The notes: generated by a model from the sequence alone, not told the origin. DNA of 64,000 bases from Candidatus Bathyarchaeota archaeon (GCA_025059045.1 JANXEA010000011.1:11438-75437); one strand, 5' to 3'; shown: positions 46,628 to 55,792, numbered from the stretch's first letter. Numbers and translations: made by a program.

Positions 46628-46703
46628 TGGGGCCGCTGGGATTTGAACCCAGGACCTCGCGAGCCCCAGTCGCGAATCTTAGACCAAGCTGGACCACGGC
46701 CCC
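46628..46703 (-). tRNA. tRNA-Pro (anticodon GGG), CCA not encoded
   Basis: The reverse complement folds as follows. Acceptor GGGGCCG/CGGCCCC. Anticodon stem CGCGA/TCGCG with loop CTGGGGC (anticodon GGG). T arm CTGGG-TTCAAAT-CCCAG. Discriminator A followed by TCT. 76 nt, no intron. Confidence 0.9.
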
Positions 46704-47291
46704 TCTAAATATTTCCAAAGCCTAACTCTTTTATCTCAGTTAATACTCGAAAACTGCTTCTATTAAAGTTTGAGCTTCTGCAACTATTCCTGCAGCTCTT
46801 CTGTTCTTGCTTCTCGAGTCTCGTCTTAATGTGCATTCAAGATAATGTTTCAACTTCCATTTTTAAGGGTTTGGCATCGGTCATCTCCTTTCTTTGTTAA
46901 ACCTATAGACGTGGTCACACACCTATAGGCATATGAATTAGACTGGACGTCGCATTTTTCGATAGCGTAAATGGGTTAACCTTCTTGAATAAGAAAGGCT
47001 CTGATTGAATATTGTTATAGATTGACGGCTTTAGTCTCATTGGATGTGCAGGTATGTGTTAATGGCCTTAAACAATTCTTATGGCGTATGATATGTTGCG
47101 CCTAAGAATGACCAGATTCTTTGCAGCCTATCTTCTGCCATTCCCCATCTCGGTTATCATCAACACATTCGGACATGAATTGAACATGTAAGACGAGGGG
47201 TTCTCATGTTGGCTTCAGGACCCGTTCGGGCTATGCATGAAAGTTGTTTAGAAGTTTATGGATAACCCGATCTCATTTGTACTAATCATTT

Positions 47292-48884
47292 TCAAAATAT
47301 AGTTTTTTCCTCAATAATTCTACAAACGGCGTTTACCTTCTCAACGTCTCCTGACTCCACAATTCTCCTGTAAACCTCGGCGCTCTTTCTCGGTATTCTC
47401 TCTTTCGATTTAGAGTCTACAGCGTATAACCCGAACCTCATTTTGAAACCTCTGGCCCACTCATAATTATCCATTAACGACCAATGCATATAACCTCTAA
47501 CATCAATCTTATCTCTATTTATAGCTTCGTCGACCGCCTTTAAGTGATCAAGGAGAAACTTTGGCCTTAACATATCCTTAGCATCCGCGACACCATTTTC
47601 AGTCACGTAAATGGGTTTTCCATAATCTCTCACCTGTCTCAGAACCTCTATGAGGCCGTTAGGGTAGATCTCCCATCCGAAGTCTGAGGTTGGCAGCTGA
47701 CCTCTTGAGGTCGAGTTTGGCTCGCATGCAAATCCGTATCCAGGCATGAGTTCAGGCTGGGACGGGACTCCTAGTGCTAGGCGGGCGAGCAGAGACCTTT
47801 TACCCTTCACGACAAAGCGGGTGTAATAGTTCACGCCCAGCCAGTCCATCCTCTCTCTCATGTAAGCCTTCGCGTCCTTGTTGCCTGAGTCAGCCCTAAA
47901 TTTGAGAGGGCCCATTGTGACGGCGCGAAGGAAGTAATGATTATGCATGAAGTCCATCGCCTTCGCCGCCGATGCATCTGCAGAATTATCGGAGAATGGT
48001 TCAACAGGGATTAGATTGTGAATTATGCCTACCTCGGCTGGTGAATGACTTTCATAATCAGCCTTAACAGTATCCCACTTCTTGATCGCATCATAAGCTC
48101 TTGCATGCGCTAAGGCGATGTTAACTGATGCTTTTCTGTACGCTCTAAAGTTCCTTACGCCAGGCGGAAATCCAGACTCAACTGTCAGGTATCCCGCCTC
48201 CGACACGACCATAGGCTCATTAAAAGTAGCCCAGTAATCCACTATATCACCTAATTTCCAAGCAATATACGCAGCGTACTTCACAAACTCTATTATTGAC
48301 GTTCGGTCAAGCCAGCCGCTTGGGCCTCTCCTAAACCCCTTTTCTCGAAGAACTATCGGGTTATGAATCCATAGTGGAAGAGTGAAGTGATTTAGGCAGA
48401 CAAAGACCTTAAAACCCGTCTCTCTAAGGTTCTCTATTATCCGCCTATAATGATTCACTGCATCATTGTCTGCGAATTTCTCAAGCTCCTCAATTGATCG
48501 TTCGTCCACTTCTATCTTGCAGGCGTTGCCGTCGTCAGCCAACTCTAAACCAGCATCTACACTATGGGTGCTCTTCGGAAATATTCTGCTCCACTCTAAC
48601 CCTATTCTGAATACATTAAGACCGAGACCCTTCGCCATCTCATGATCCGCCTTATATCTATGCCAATAATCGACGCCGTCCTCCGGAAAATCACCGCTTA
48701 CAATTCCCTCTCTGATGTTTCTTTCGTCATGCACCCACACATACCAGTCCGTATTCGGGTCGAGACCTCGCCTAAAAGGATCGCCCATCTCGAACTGAAA
48801 GCCACTTAAAGAGACGCCCCAAAGAAAATTTTCAGGAAAAACCAAATAATCCACCGTCCAATGGAAGATGTGATAGGTTTGCAA
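47292..48884 (-). CDS. Glycoside hydrolase family 1 beta-glycosidase
   Basis: FPENFLWGVSLSGFQFE N-terminus, acid/base motif TFNEP, nucleophile motif YVTENG, and C-terminal WSLMDNYEW. Confidence 0.9.
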   Translation of the reverse strand: MQTYHIFHWTVDYLVFPENFLWGVSLSGFQFEMGDPFRRGLDPNTDWYVWVHDERNIREGIVSGDFPEDGVDYWHRYKADHEMAKGLGLNVFRIGLEWSRIFPKSTHSVDAGLELADDGNACKIEVDERSIEELEKFADNDAVNHYRRIIENLRETGFKVFVCLNHFTLPLWIHNPIVLREKGFRRGPSGWLDRTSIIEFVKYAAYIAWKLGDIVDYWATFNEPMVVSEAGYLTVESGFPPGVRNFRAYRKASVNIALAHARAYDAIKKWDTVKADYESHSPAEVGIIHNLIPVEPFSDNSADASAAKAMDFMHNHYFLRAVTMGPLKFRADSGNKDAKAYMRERMDWLGVNYYTRFVVKGKRSLLARLALGVPSQPELMPGYGFACEPNSTSRGQLPTSDFGWEIYPNGLIEVLRQVRDYGKPIYVTENGVADAKDMLRPKFLLDHLKAVDEAINRDKIDVRGYMHWSLMDNYEWARGFKMRFGLYAVDSKSKERIPRKSAEVYRRIVESGDVEKVNAVCRIIEEKTIF

Positions 48885-48944
48885 TAAACATTTTGCATTA
48901 CTTTTAAACCAGTATAGGTGAAATCAACCCTAAACGCTTCAGTT

Positions 48945-50057
48945 TCAACCGACACGGTGCAAAATTCTTCTTATGACACCTTCATAGACATTTATGCTTG
49001 ACAGGTACTCCTCGACCTCTATAAACTCCACCGGAGTGTGTGCGAGACTTGAGTTTCCAGGACCATATGTCGCCACTGGGATTTTCAAAGTCGAACCATA
49101 AATATTCATGTCGCCGGTACCCGTCTTCCTAACGAACACTGCGTTTAAACCCGTAACCTCACAGATCGCTTCCCTGAGCGCTTTCATCAACGCTGACCCC
49201 CTATCGGCCACGAAGGGCTCAACCATATCTTTAATCTTTATATCTATTGAGACCTGCTTATTCTCAGCCTTGAAAGCGTCAACAGCATTATTTAGAATCT
49301 CTATTGCCTCATTAACCTTTATTTTAGGGGGAAGCCTAACGTCGACGTCCAGATTACAGATGTCCGGCACGCCGCCGCATGTTCTCCAACTTCTTAGACC
49401 AATCAGGCATGGGGTGAGAGAATAGAAGATCCCCTGCTTAGATCTATAGGTCTCCGAAAGATCCCTCAGCCTCCACCAAAGTTGACAACCTTTTTCAGCC
49501 GCATTAATAGCAATATGCTGCGCTCCAACATGCCCGGTGGGAGTAGATAGCCTGAATCTAACATAGACTCTTCCTTTATATGCGAAAGTAATTTTGCAAA
49601 TGCCGCTCGGCTCGCCGAACAGGGCGAAGTCAGCTCTAACCCCCTCACGTATTAGACCGCGTATGCCTCTCCCAAAACCCTCCTCGTCAACTACGCAGGC
49701 AAGGATCAGTCTTCCAGTTTTAAGATGATCTAGAAATTTTGAAGCGGCTGATATCATGGCTGCTAGAGGTGCCTTAGCGTCAACGGCACCCCGACCGTAA
49801 ATTCTGCCCCCTTCAACTTTTACTGTCATTCTTCCTGGAACGGTGTCCATGTGCCCGCAAAACATCAGTGTGGGCGAACCCGAACCAATCTCCCCGTAGA
49901 CATTACCGACTTTGTCAAGTCTAACCTTGCTAAAGCCTCTTTCAGTCAGCTCAACATATAAGAAGGATGCTAACTCAGACTCGCTTCCTGATGGGCTGTA
50001 GATCTCAAGCATCCTTCGAAGTAACTCTACGTCTGCTTCTCCACTCATTATTTTCAT
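48945..50057 (-). CDS. lysK: [LysW]-lysine/ornithine hydrolase (M20 deacylase, LysK/ArgE)
   Basis: M20 peptidase motifs (FCGHMDTV, GRGAVDAK, VDEEG). Last gene of the lysW-headed cluster. Confidence 0.8.
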   Translation of the reverse strand: MKIMSGEADVELLRRMLEIYSPSGSESELASFLYVELTERGFSKVRLDKVGNVYGEIGSGSPTLMFCGHMDTVPGRMTVKVEGGRIYGRGAVDAKAPLAAMISAASKFLDHLKTGRLILACVVDEEGFGRGIRGLIREGVRADFALFGEPSGICKITFAYKGRVYVRFRLSTPTGHVGAQHIAINAAEKGCQLWWRLRDLSETYRSKQGIFYSLTPCLIGLRSWRTCGGVPDICNLDVDVRLPPKIKVNEAIEILNNAVDAFKAENKQVSIDIKIKDMVEPFVADRGSALMKALREAICEVTGLNAVFVRKTGTGDMNIYGSTLKIPVATYGPGNSSLAHTPVEFIEVEEYLSSINVYEGVIRRILHRVG

Positions 50058-50079
50058 TCCCCTCAGTCTTAATCGGCGG

Positions 50080-51264
50080 CTACGCGCTTTCTGTGAATAC
50101 TTCCCTCAATATTTCGACTGCTTTTTCTAGGAGATCCTCGCCTATGACGAGGGGGGGCAATAACCTTATCACATTTTTTCCCGAGTATAAGAGGAGCAAA
50201 CCCTTGTATAGAGCGCTCAGAAGAAACTTTTGAATTGGAAGCCTACACTCCAGGCCTATCATGAGGCCTAAGCCTCGAACCTCCCGTAGAATCTTGAATT
50301 CTTCAACAAGCCCCTCAAGCATTACATGCATTTTCTCTCCTAATGTACGAGCTCTCTCAACCAGCTTCTCTTCGACTATAATGTCGAGAACTGCTGAGGC
50401 TGCTGCACATGCGATTGGGTTCCCGCCGAAGGTACTTGTATGCTCCCCTATCTTCAGGCAGTCCATGATCTCGGGCTTCGCGACAGTTGCTCCTATAGGA
50501 ACGCCGCCCCCTAATCCTTTGCCTATGCACATAATGTCTGGCACTACGCCCCAATGTTCGCAAGCCCACATACGCCCTGTCCTACCTAGCCCTGTCTGGA
50601 TCTCATCTACGATCATGAGGGCGCCGTTCTCGTCGCATGTTCTGCGGATGGATTCTAAGAAGCCTTCAGGGGCAACGTGTACCCCTCCCTCCCCTTGAAC
50701 GGGTTCGACAATTACAGCTGCTGTCCTATCCGATATAGCCTCAGCAACATTTTCAGATCTGCCATATGGCACAAACTTAACTTCTGAATTGATGATAGAC
50801 TGGAATGATTCGCGATATTTTAGATCCCATGTTACTGAAAGTGCGCCTAACGTCTTGCCATGATAACCTCTAACCATGCTTATGAATTCGGATCTTCCGG
50901 TAAATTTGGCGGCAACCTTTAAAGCGCATTCTACTGCCTCGGCACCGCTATTGCAGAGAAAAACCCTCTCTAACCCCTTAGGGCAAAGTTGAATCAGTTT
51001 TTCAAGGAACTCGGCCCTAATATCATTATAGTATGAGCCGTGGCAGGTTATGAGCCTCTCACACTGCTCCTTCAGCGCCTTAACAACTTTGGGGTGGCAG
51101 TGGCCGACTATGCCTACGCCATATCCTCCCATACAGTCTATATACTCTTTACCTTTAACGTCGTAAAGTATAGCACCTTTGCCACGAGTTATGGCGGCGG
51201 GAAATTTCTGGTAAACCTTCGCGAAAACCCTATCCTCAACAGCGAAGATCACTTCTTCATCCAA
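50080..51264 (-). CDS. lysJ: [LysW]-aminoadipate semialdehyde / acetylornithine-type class III aminotransferase (LysJ/ArgD)
   Basis: Class III PLP aminotransferase (GYHG, DEIQTGLGRTG, PLP-Lys in CIGKGLGGG). Sits within the lys cluster. Confidence 0.85.
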   Translation of the reverse strand: MDEEVIFAVEDRVFAKVYQKFPAAITRGKGAILYDVKGKEYIDCMGGYGVGIVGHCHPKVVKALKEQCERLITCHGSYYNDIRAEFLEKLIQLCPKGLERVFLCNSGAEAVECALKVAAKFTGRSEFISMVRGYHGKTLGALSVTWDLKYRESFQSIINSEVKFVPYGRSENVAEAISDRTAAVIVEPVQGEGGVHVAPEGFLESIRRTCDENGALMIVDEIQTGLGRTGRMWACEHWGVVPDIMCIGKGLGGGVPIGATVAKPEIMDCLKIGEHTSTFGGNPIACAAASAVLDIIVEEKLVERARTLGEKMHVMLEGLVEEFKILREVRGLGLMIGLECRLPIQKFLLSALYKGLLLLYSGKNVIRLLPPLVIGEDLLEKAVEILREVFTESA

Positions 51265-52060
51265 TTGTGATCACTGTGCCAACATTATGTGTGAGGGCGC
51301 TTGTTACAGGAGCTTCAATAAAACCAGTGGATATGATTGCCTCCTTAACTCCCATCTTAAGGGCTTCTATTGATGCCATTACCTTCTTATCCATGCCAGG
51401 TCCAATTTTCGGCAAAGCTTTTTCAGCTTCCCAAAGCGTCATCTTTCTTACATATTTGTCATTCAATATGACGCCCTCGACATCTGTTAAGAACACGACG
51501 TGCTCAGCCTTGAGCGCGCCAGCTATTTGACCAGCAGCCCTATCTGCATCAACGTTCAAAAACTCATTCTCTTCTCCAATAGCGACGGGGGCGACTACTG
51601 GAACATACCCATTATCGACTAGAACATTCAGGATCTTTGTCTCCACGGCAGTGATCCTGCCTGTGAACCCTCCCTCTATCACCCTTTTCCTATTCCGCTC
51701 ATCTATTATGACTAGTCTCTTCTTTCTTTCAGCTTTCAGGAGGCCTGCATCGACGCCGGATATGCCGACTGCGTGAACCCCCAAGCCTACCAGACGCTGG
51801 ACAATAGCCTTGTTTATCCTGCCAGCCATAACCATCGTATAGATCTCCGCTGTCTCTCTGTCTGTATACCTGCTCCTTATTCCCCCCGGGGAGGTAACAA
51901 AAACCTGCTTCTTTCCCAGTCTCTCAGCGATTTCCGTAACCTCATCTCCGCCGCCGTGAACTATGACCACCTTCTCTACACCTAGTAGAGACTTCACATC
52001 ATTGACAAGCGTATCTGTCATCCCTTTGAAGATGTCTCCGCCAAACTTCAAGATGATCAT
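51257..52060 (-). CDS. lysZ: [LysW]-aminoadipate/glutamate kinase (LysZ/ArgB)
   Basis: Amino-acid kinase fold: ILKFGG, VIVHGGG, INVDADRAAGQIA. Confidence 0.85.
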   Translation of the reverse strand: MIILKFGGDIFKGMTDTLVNDVKSLLGVEKVVIVHGGGDEVTEIAERLGKKQVFVTSPGGIRSRYTDRETAEIYTMVMAGRINKAIVQRLVGLGVHAVGISGVDAGLLKAERKKRLVIIDERNRKRVIEGGFTGRITAVETKILNVLVDNGYVPVVAPVAIGEENEFLNVDADRAAGQIAGALKAEHVVFLTDVEGVILNDKYVRKMTLWEAEKALPKIGPGMDKKVMASIEALKMGVKEAIISTGFIEAPVTSALTHNVGTVITIG

Positions 52061-52078
52061 GAGGAGTTCTCCTAGAAT

Positions 52079-53137
52079 CTAGATTGGATGCAACCCCATA
52101 TCCCGCAAGCCTTCCCTCTCATCCCAACCGCACATAATATTCATGTCTTGGACAGCGGTTCCAGCCGCACCCTTCATTAGATTGTCAATTGCCGACAATA
52201 TGACGACTCTTCCAGTATGCTCGTCAACCTCAAATCCTATGTCGCAGTAATTTGAGCCGACAACGATCTTTGGGTCTGGAAACCTGTAAACTCCTTTTCT
52301 GTCACGGACAAACCTGATGAAGGGTGCACTTGAGTAAAAGTCTCTGTAAATCTTCCATAGATCAAGTGTGGAGATTGTTCCCTCATAGAAAACGTGGCAG
52401 GTCGCAAGTATTCCGCGAACCATGTTTACGGCGTGAGCGGACATTGCGACCCGGACATTCCCGCCAGCTAATGCTCCTAGCTCCTGCTCTATCTCTGCAG
52501 TGTGCCTGTGCCCAACTGGCTTGTAGGCTCTTACGACGCTGTAATGTTCTGAGTGATGGGTTGAGATTGAAGGTTTTCCTCCCGCGCCTGAGGATCCAAC
52601 CTTAAAATCCATGACGATCTTCTTCTTATCGACATTTCCGAGTTTCATTATAGGCGCAAGTGCGAGTACGCCGGCTGTCGCCATGCACCCAGGAACCGCT
52701 ACGAGCTGAGCCTTCGCTATCTCTTCTTTATGGATCTTGATTTCCGGGAGTCCGTAGACGGCTTTACCGAGAAGGTCGGGGTTCTTATGCTTCCATCTAT
52801 ACCATCGCTCATAATCCTCTGGGTTTTTAAGTCGGAAATCTGCGCTGGTGTCGATTACCTTTATGCCTGTTTCGAGAATTGCTGGAATAATGGATGATGA
52901 AACACCATGAGGTGTAGCCATGAAGACTAGATCGCAGTTCCCAATGACCTGCTTCACATCCGACATTACAAACTTTAAGTTAGTTTCACCCCTTAAGTTT
53001 GGGTGAACACGATGCACAAATTCTCCCATGTAGGTGTTCGAAGTGGCAACTTTCACCTCAACTTTTGGATGCCTAAGTAATAGGCGAAGAAGCTCGCCAC
53101 CTACATAACCGGAAGCGCCAAATACTCCCACTCTCAC
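52079..53137 (-). CDS. lysY: [LysW]-aminoadipyl/glutamyl-phosphate reductase (LysY/ArgC)
   Basis: GASGYVGGELLRLL NAD(P) motif and active-site Cys in VPGCMATA. Confidence 0.85.
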   Translation of the reverse strand: MRVGVFGASGYVGGELLRLLLRHPKVEVKVATSNTYMGEFVHRVHPNLRGETNLKFVMSDVKQVIGNCDLVFMATPHGVSSSIIPAILETGIKVIDTSADFRLKNPEDYERWYRWKHKNPDLLGKAVYGLPEIKIHKEEIAKAQLVAVPGCMATAGVLALAPIMKLGNVDKKKIVMDFKVGSSGAGGKPSISTHHSEHYSVVRAYKPVGHRHTAEIEQELGALAGGNVRVAMSAHAVNMVRGILATCHVFYEGTISTLDLWKIYRDFYSSAPFIRFVRDRKGVYRFPDPKIVVGSNYCDIGFEVDEHTGRVVILSAIDNLMKGAAGTAVQDMNIMCGWDEREGLRDMGLHPI

Positions 53138-53997
53138 TTCTTCATCACCTTCACAGCGTACCTTATAATCTCTCCTGGGATATCAACGCGCGTTGCAGAG
53201 TATAAGCCTCTAAACTCAACTGTATTATTAACCTCATGAACAAGTATGCCATCCGGAGATTCCATGCAGTCAACAGCAAGGACACCGCCGCCTACACTCT
53301 CAGCTGCCCTAAGCACTATTTCCTCAAGATCGCTTGTGACTGGACAGGGCTTGCTAACTCCACCTCTAGCGACATTTGTTCTCCATTCTCCCTCAGGCGA
53401 GTACCTATATGATGCTGCCACAACCTTATCTCCTATAACCAAGGCTCTAATGTCTCTGGGGGGTCTCTTCACATATTCCTGAAGATAATATATCTGCAGA
53501 AGAGCATTCTGCATCTGCTCCCTTGATTCGACCACGGCTTTGGCTGAATCCCTATCGCGGATGAGAGCGACAAGTCTCCCCCAGCTTCCAACGACGGGCT
53601 TCATGACCACGGGATACCCAAGCTCATCAAATGCCTTTGACACACCATCTTCTGCGAAGGCTATGTAGGTCTTTGGAACTGGCACATCTGCCTTGATTAG
53701 AGCTAATGTTGTAAAGAGCTTGTTTCCGCAGATCAGTGAGACATTTAGCGGATTTATAACACTTATACCCGCTTTCTCCAGAATTGCTGTGATATGCAGA
53801 CCCCTGAAATAGCTTACACACCGTTGAAGAACGACGTCTCCATAATCATCCTTTAACTTGCTGTCTTCTATGCTGAGGTCTACATACGCTGTTTTAGAGT
53901 CTATCAGCTTAATATTTACACTGGCAGACTCGGCGGCTTTAACAAGAGCTTTCTCGTCCCACCTAATCCTATCATAGACGAGCCCTAGATTCTTCAT
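53134..53997 (-). CDS. lysX: RimK-type ATP-grasp ligase, alpha-aminoadipate/glutamate--LysW ligase (LysX/ArgX)
   Basis: ATP-grasp motifs (VVMKPVVGSWGR, YLQEY, RTNVARGG). I prefer ATG 53997, because the lysW TGA overlaps it (ATGA), over the track TTG at 54006. Confidence 0.85.
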   Translation of the reverse strand: MKNLGLVYDRIRWDEKALVKAAESASVNIKLIDSKTAYVDLSIEDSKLKDDYGDVVLQRCVSYFRGLHITAILEKAGISVINPLNVSLICGNKLFTTLALIKADVPVPKTYIAFAEDGVSKAFDELGYPVVMKPVVGSWGRLVALIRDRDSAKAVVESREQMQNALLQIYYLQEYVKRPPRDIRALVIGDKVVAASYRYSPEGEWRTNVARGGVSKPCPVTSDLEEIVLRAAESVGGGVLAVDCMESPDGILVHEVNNTVEFRGLYSATRVDIPGEIIRYAVKVMKK

Positions 53998-54164
53998 TCG
54001 CCCCAATCTTCTCCTTCTATCTCGGCTGGCACGAGCCTAACCCCTTCCCCCTCAATAACCCTAGCTTCGTAGTCCATTCCACAGTCTGGGCAGCTTATAA
54101 TCTCACCTGAAATAACGTCGTCCGGGATCTCTATTTCAGCGTCACATTCAGGGCATCTGGACAG
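53994..54164 (-). CDS. lysW: Amino-group carrier protein LysW (5' boundary uncertain: no canonical in-frame start codon)
   Basis: Missed by the track because it is under 60 aa. Hand translation gives (L)SRCPECDAEIEIPDDVISGEIISCPDCGMDYEARVIEGEGVRLVPAEIEGEDWGE*. It has two CxxC zinc-ribbon knuckles and the conserved acidic C-terminus ending EDWGE. Its stop overlaps the lysX ATG. A GGAGGT sits at 54175..54180 on the minus strand. Confidence 0.8.
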   Translation of the reverse strand: MSRCPECDAEIEIPDDVISGEIISCPDCGMDYEARVIEGEGVRLVPAEIEGEDWGE

Positions 54165-54213
54165 GAAGGTTCTTACCTCCTCACGTTGCCTCTATTGGAA
54201 GTTAGATTTTCCC

Positions 54214-54221
54214 TTATAAAT
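54214..54221 (-). promoter_or_regulatory. TATA-box-like element (ATTTATAA on minus strand) upstream of lysW
   Basis: An atttataa sequence lies about 50 nt upstream of the first possible lysW codon, in the divergent spacer shared with the Lrp-type regulator gene. Confidence 0.4.
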
Positions 54222-54336
54222 GTTTCGTTATTTTTAAGCATCATTAGAAAAATACATAAAAAAATATTGTTTCCTCAAAAGGAAAGATACTTATATTCTC
54301 ATCTTCAATTTAACAATATGCTGGAAGGCGATAATT

Positions 54337-54789
54337 ATGCCTCTTGAATTAGATGAAATCGATAAGAAAATTATAGAGATGCTTCAGGATGATTCTAGAA
54401 TCGCTTTTAGGAAGATAGCTGAGAAGGTTGGAGTAAGCGAGGCAACGGTGTTCGTAAGGGTTAAAAAACTGCATGAGAACGGTGTAATAAAAAGATTTAC
54501 TGTAAGTGTCTCGCCTGAGCTTCTAGGTAAAGGGTTAACAGCCTTTGTCCTAATAAACGCCGATCCTAAAAGACTCCAGCATGTTCTAGACACATTGAGC
54601 AGTTTAGAGGACGTCTACGAAGTCTACGATGTAACGGGCGCCTTCTATGTGATAGCGAAGATCCGCACCTCAGATAGGGAGAAGCTGGCTAAGATCATAG
54701 ATACGATTGGACTTATCGATGGTGTTAGAAGCACTGAAACCGCTGTAGTGCTTAGAAGCATCAAAGAGGAGACTAGAATTAGAGCCTAG
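54337..54789 (+). CDS. Lrp/AsnC-family transcriptional regulator, divergent from the lys cluster (LysM-like by position)
   Basis: LDEIDKKIIEMLQDDSRIAFRKIAEKVGVSEATVFVRVKKLHENGVIKRF HTH plus a RAM domain. The LysM analogy rests on the Sulfolobus precedent and is positional only. Confidence 0.75.
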   Translation: MPLELDEIDKKIIEMLQDDSRIAFRKIAEKVGVSEATVFVRVKKLHENGVIKRFTVSVSPELLGKGLTAFVLINADPKRLQHVLDTLSSLEDVYEVYDVTGAFYVIAKIRTSDREKLAKIIDTIGLIDGVRSTETAVVLRSIKEETRIRA

Positions 54790-54818
54790 AGAAGTGAAAA
54801 ACCCCGAGATACAGACCA

Positions 54819-55418
54819 GTGGGGGAGAAAGAGATTAGACGAGTGATAATCGTAACTGGTACGCCGGGTGTAGGAAAATCCTCTGTCTCAGCGGCCCTCG
54901 CTGAGAGAATTAATGCGCATCATATTTCCCTTGGAAGACTTGTTACAGAAGAGAGGTTATACACAGGGCTTGATAAAGATAGAGATACTCTTATAGCAGA
55001 CTTGGACCGAGTATCAGAGAGAGTTAGAAAAATACTCAATGAGGTTCACGGGGACATAATTATTGAGGGGCACTATGCAGTCGATGTCGTAGATCCAAAA
55101 AATGTGCATATGATTTTCGTTCTGAGGAGGGATCCTGAAGAATTAACTAGGGTGTTGAAGAACAGAAATTATAATGAATGCAAGATCAAAGAGAATGTCG
55201 CTGCTGAAATATTGGATGTCTGCCTATACGAGGCCGTTAACAGATGCGGGCTAGAAAAAGTCTGCGAGGTCAATATGACCGGGAAGAACGTTAATGAAGC
55301 CGTTGAAGAAATCATCGAGATATTAGAGGGAAAGAGGGAAAAAAGGGTAGGCATAGTTGACTGGCTTGGAAAACTCGAGGCTGAAGACAAGCTGGATGAG
55401 TACCTTAAGGATATATGA
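54819..55418 (+). CDS. Fap7/AK6-type adenylate kinase-like NTPase
   Basis: GTG start. P-loop IIVTGTPGVGKSS. About 190 aa. IIEGHY and RRDPEEL motifs as remembered for archaeal Fap7 homologues. Confidence 0.65.
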   Translation: MGEKEIRRVIIVTGTPGVGKSSVSAALAERINAHHISLGRLVTEERLYTGLDKDRDTLIADLDRVSERVRKILNEVHGDIIIEGHYAVDVVDPKNVHMIFVLRRDPEELTRVLKNRNYNECKIKENVAAEILDVCLYEAVNRCGLEKVCEVNMTGKNVNEAVEEIIEILEGKREKRVGIVDWLGKLEAEDKLDEYLKDI

Positions 55419-55423
55419 AGCCG

Positions 55424-55792
55424 CTACATCAAACCTCGCATTATCTCTGATCTTGTAAGCAGGATTATTCCTCTCCGACTTGCATAGGCTTTTGCATGAT
55501 CGCTGAACTTGTCTGCCACCATAATTGGGCTTGAGTAGGACAAGGCATGAGCAGCCTTATCTAAACTGATAATCATGTTAACCCCTACAGTTCTATTCCA
55601 TTCCTTAACCCTAACGGGGTGAACCTCCTTGTATTTCTGGACTATAAGGTCGAACACGTTTGGATCAGCGTCCTCCTCCTCGTCGACCACATACTTCTTA
55701 ACCTCATACCCTCTCCTAGTAAAGTATTCGATCACAAGGCTAAGGAGAGGCGGCTTTGACATAATAATTCCCAGTAAAGGATTATGGAACAT
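55424..55792 (-). CDS. Small restriction-endonuclease-fold (Mrr_cat-like) protein, hypothetical
   Basis: 122 aa. FTRRGYEV...FDLIVQK...VRVKEW resembles a D-(D/E)xK nuclease core. Weak by-eye call. Confidence 0.3.
   Translation of the reverse strand: MFHNPLLGIIMSKPPLLSLVIEYFTRRGYEVKKYVVDEEEDADPNVFDLIVQKYKEVHPVRVKEWNRTVGVNMIISLDKAAHALSYSSPIMVADKFSDHAKAYASRRGIILLTRSEIMRGLM

Noticed and set aside
5503-46703. The two tRNA-Pro genes as boundaries of an integrated element
   Set aside because: The intervening 41 kb is housekeeping and metabolic genes. The tRNAs are different isoacceptors on opposite strands. I recognised no integrase and no repeated tRNA 3' segment.
46487-46708. 73-aa plus-strand ORF
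   Set aside because: Its 3' third is the antisense of tRNA-Pro(GGG): ...GRWDLNPGPREPQSRILDQAGPRPL is a translated tRNA. The rest is AT-rich spacer.
53998-54006. TTG 54006 as the lysX start
   Set aside because: ATG 53997 forms an ATGA overlap with the lysW stop, and MKNLGLVYD matches the usual LysX N-terminus. The TTG would lie inside lysW.
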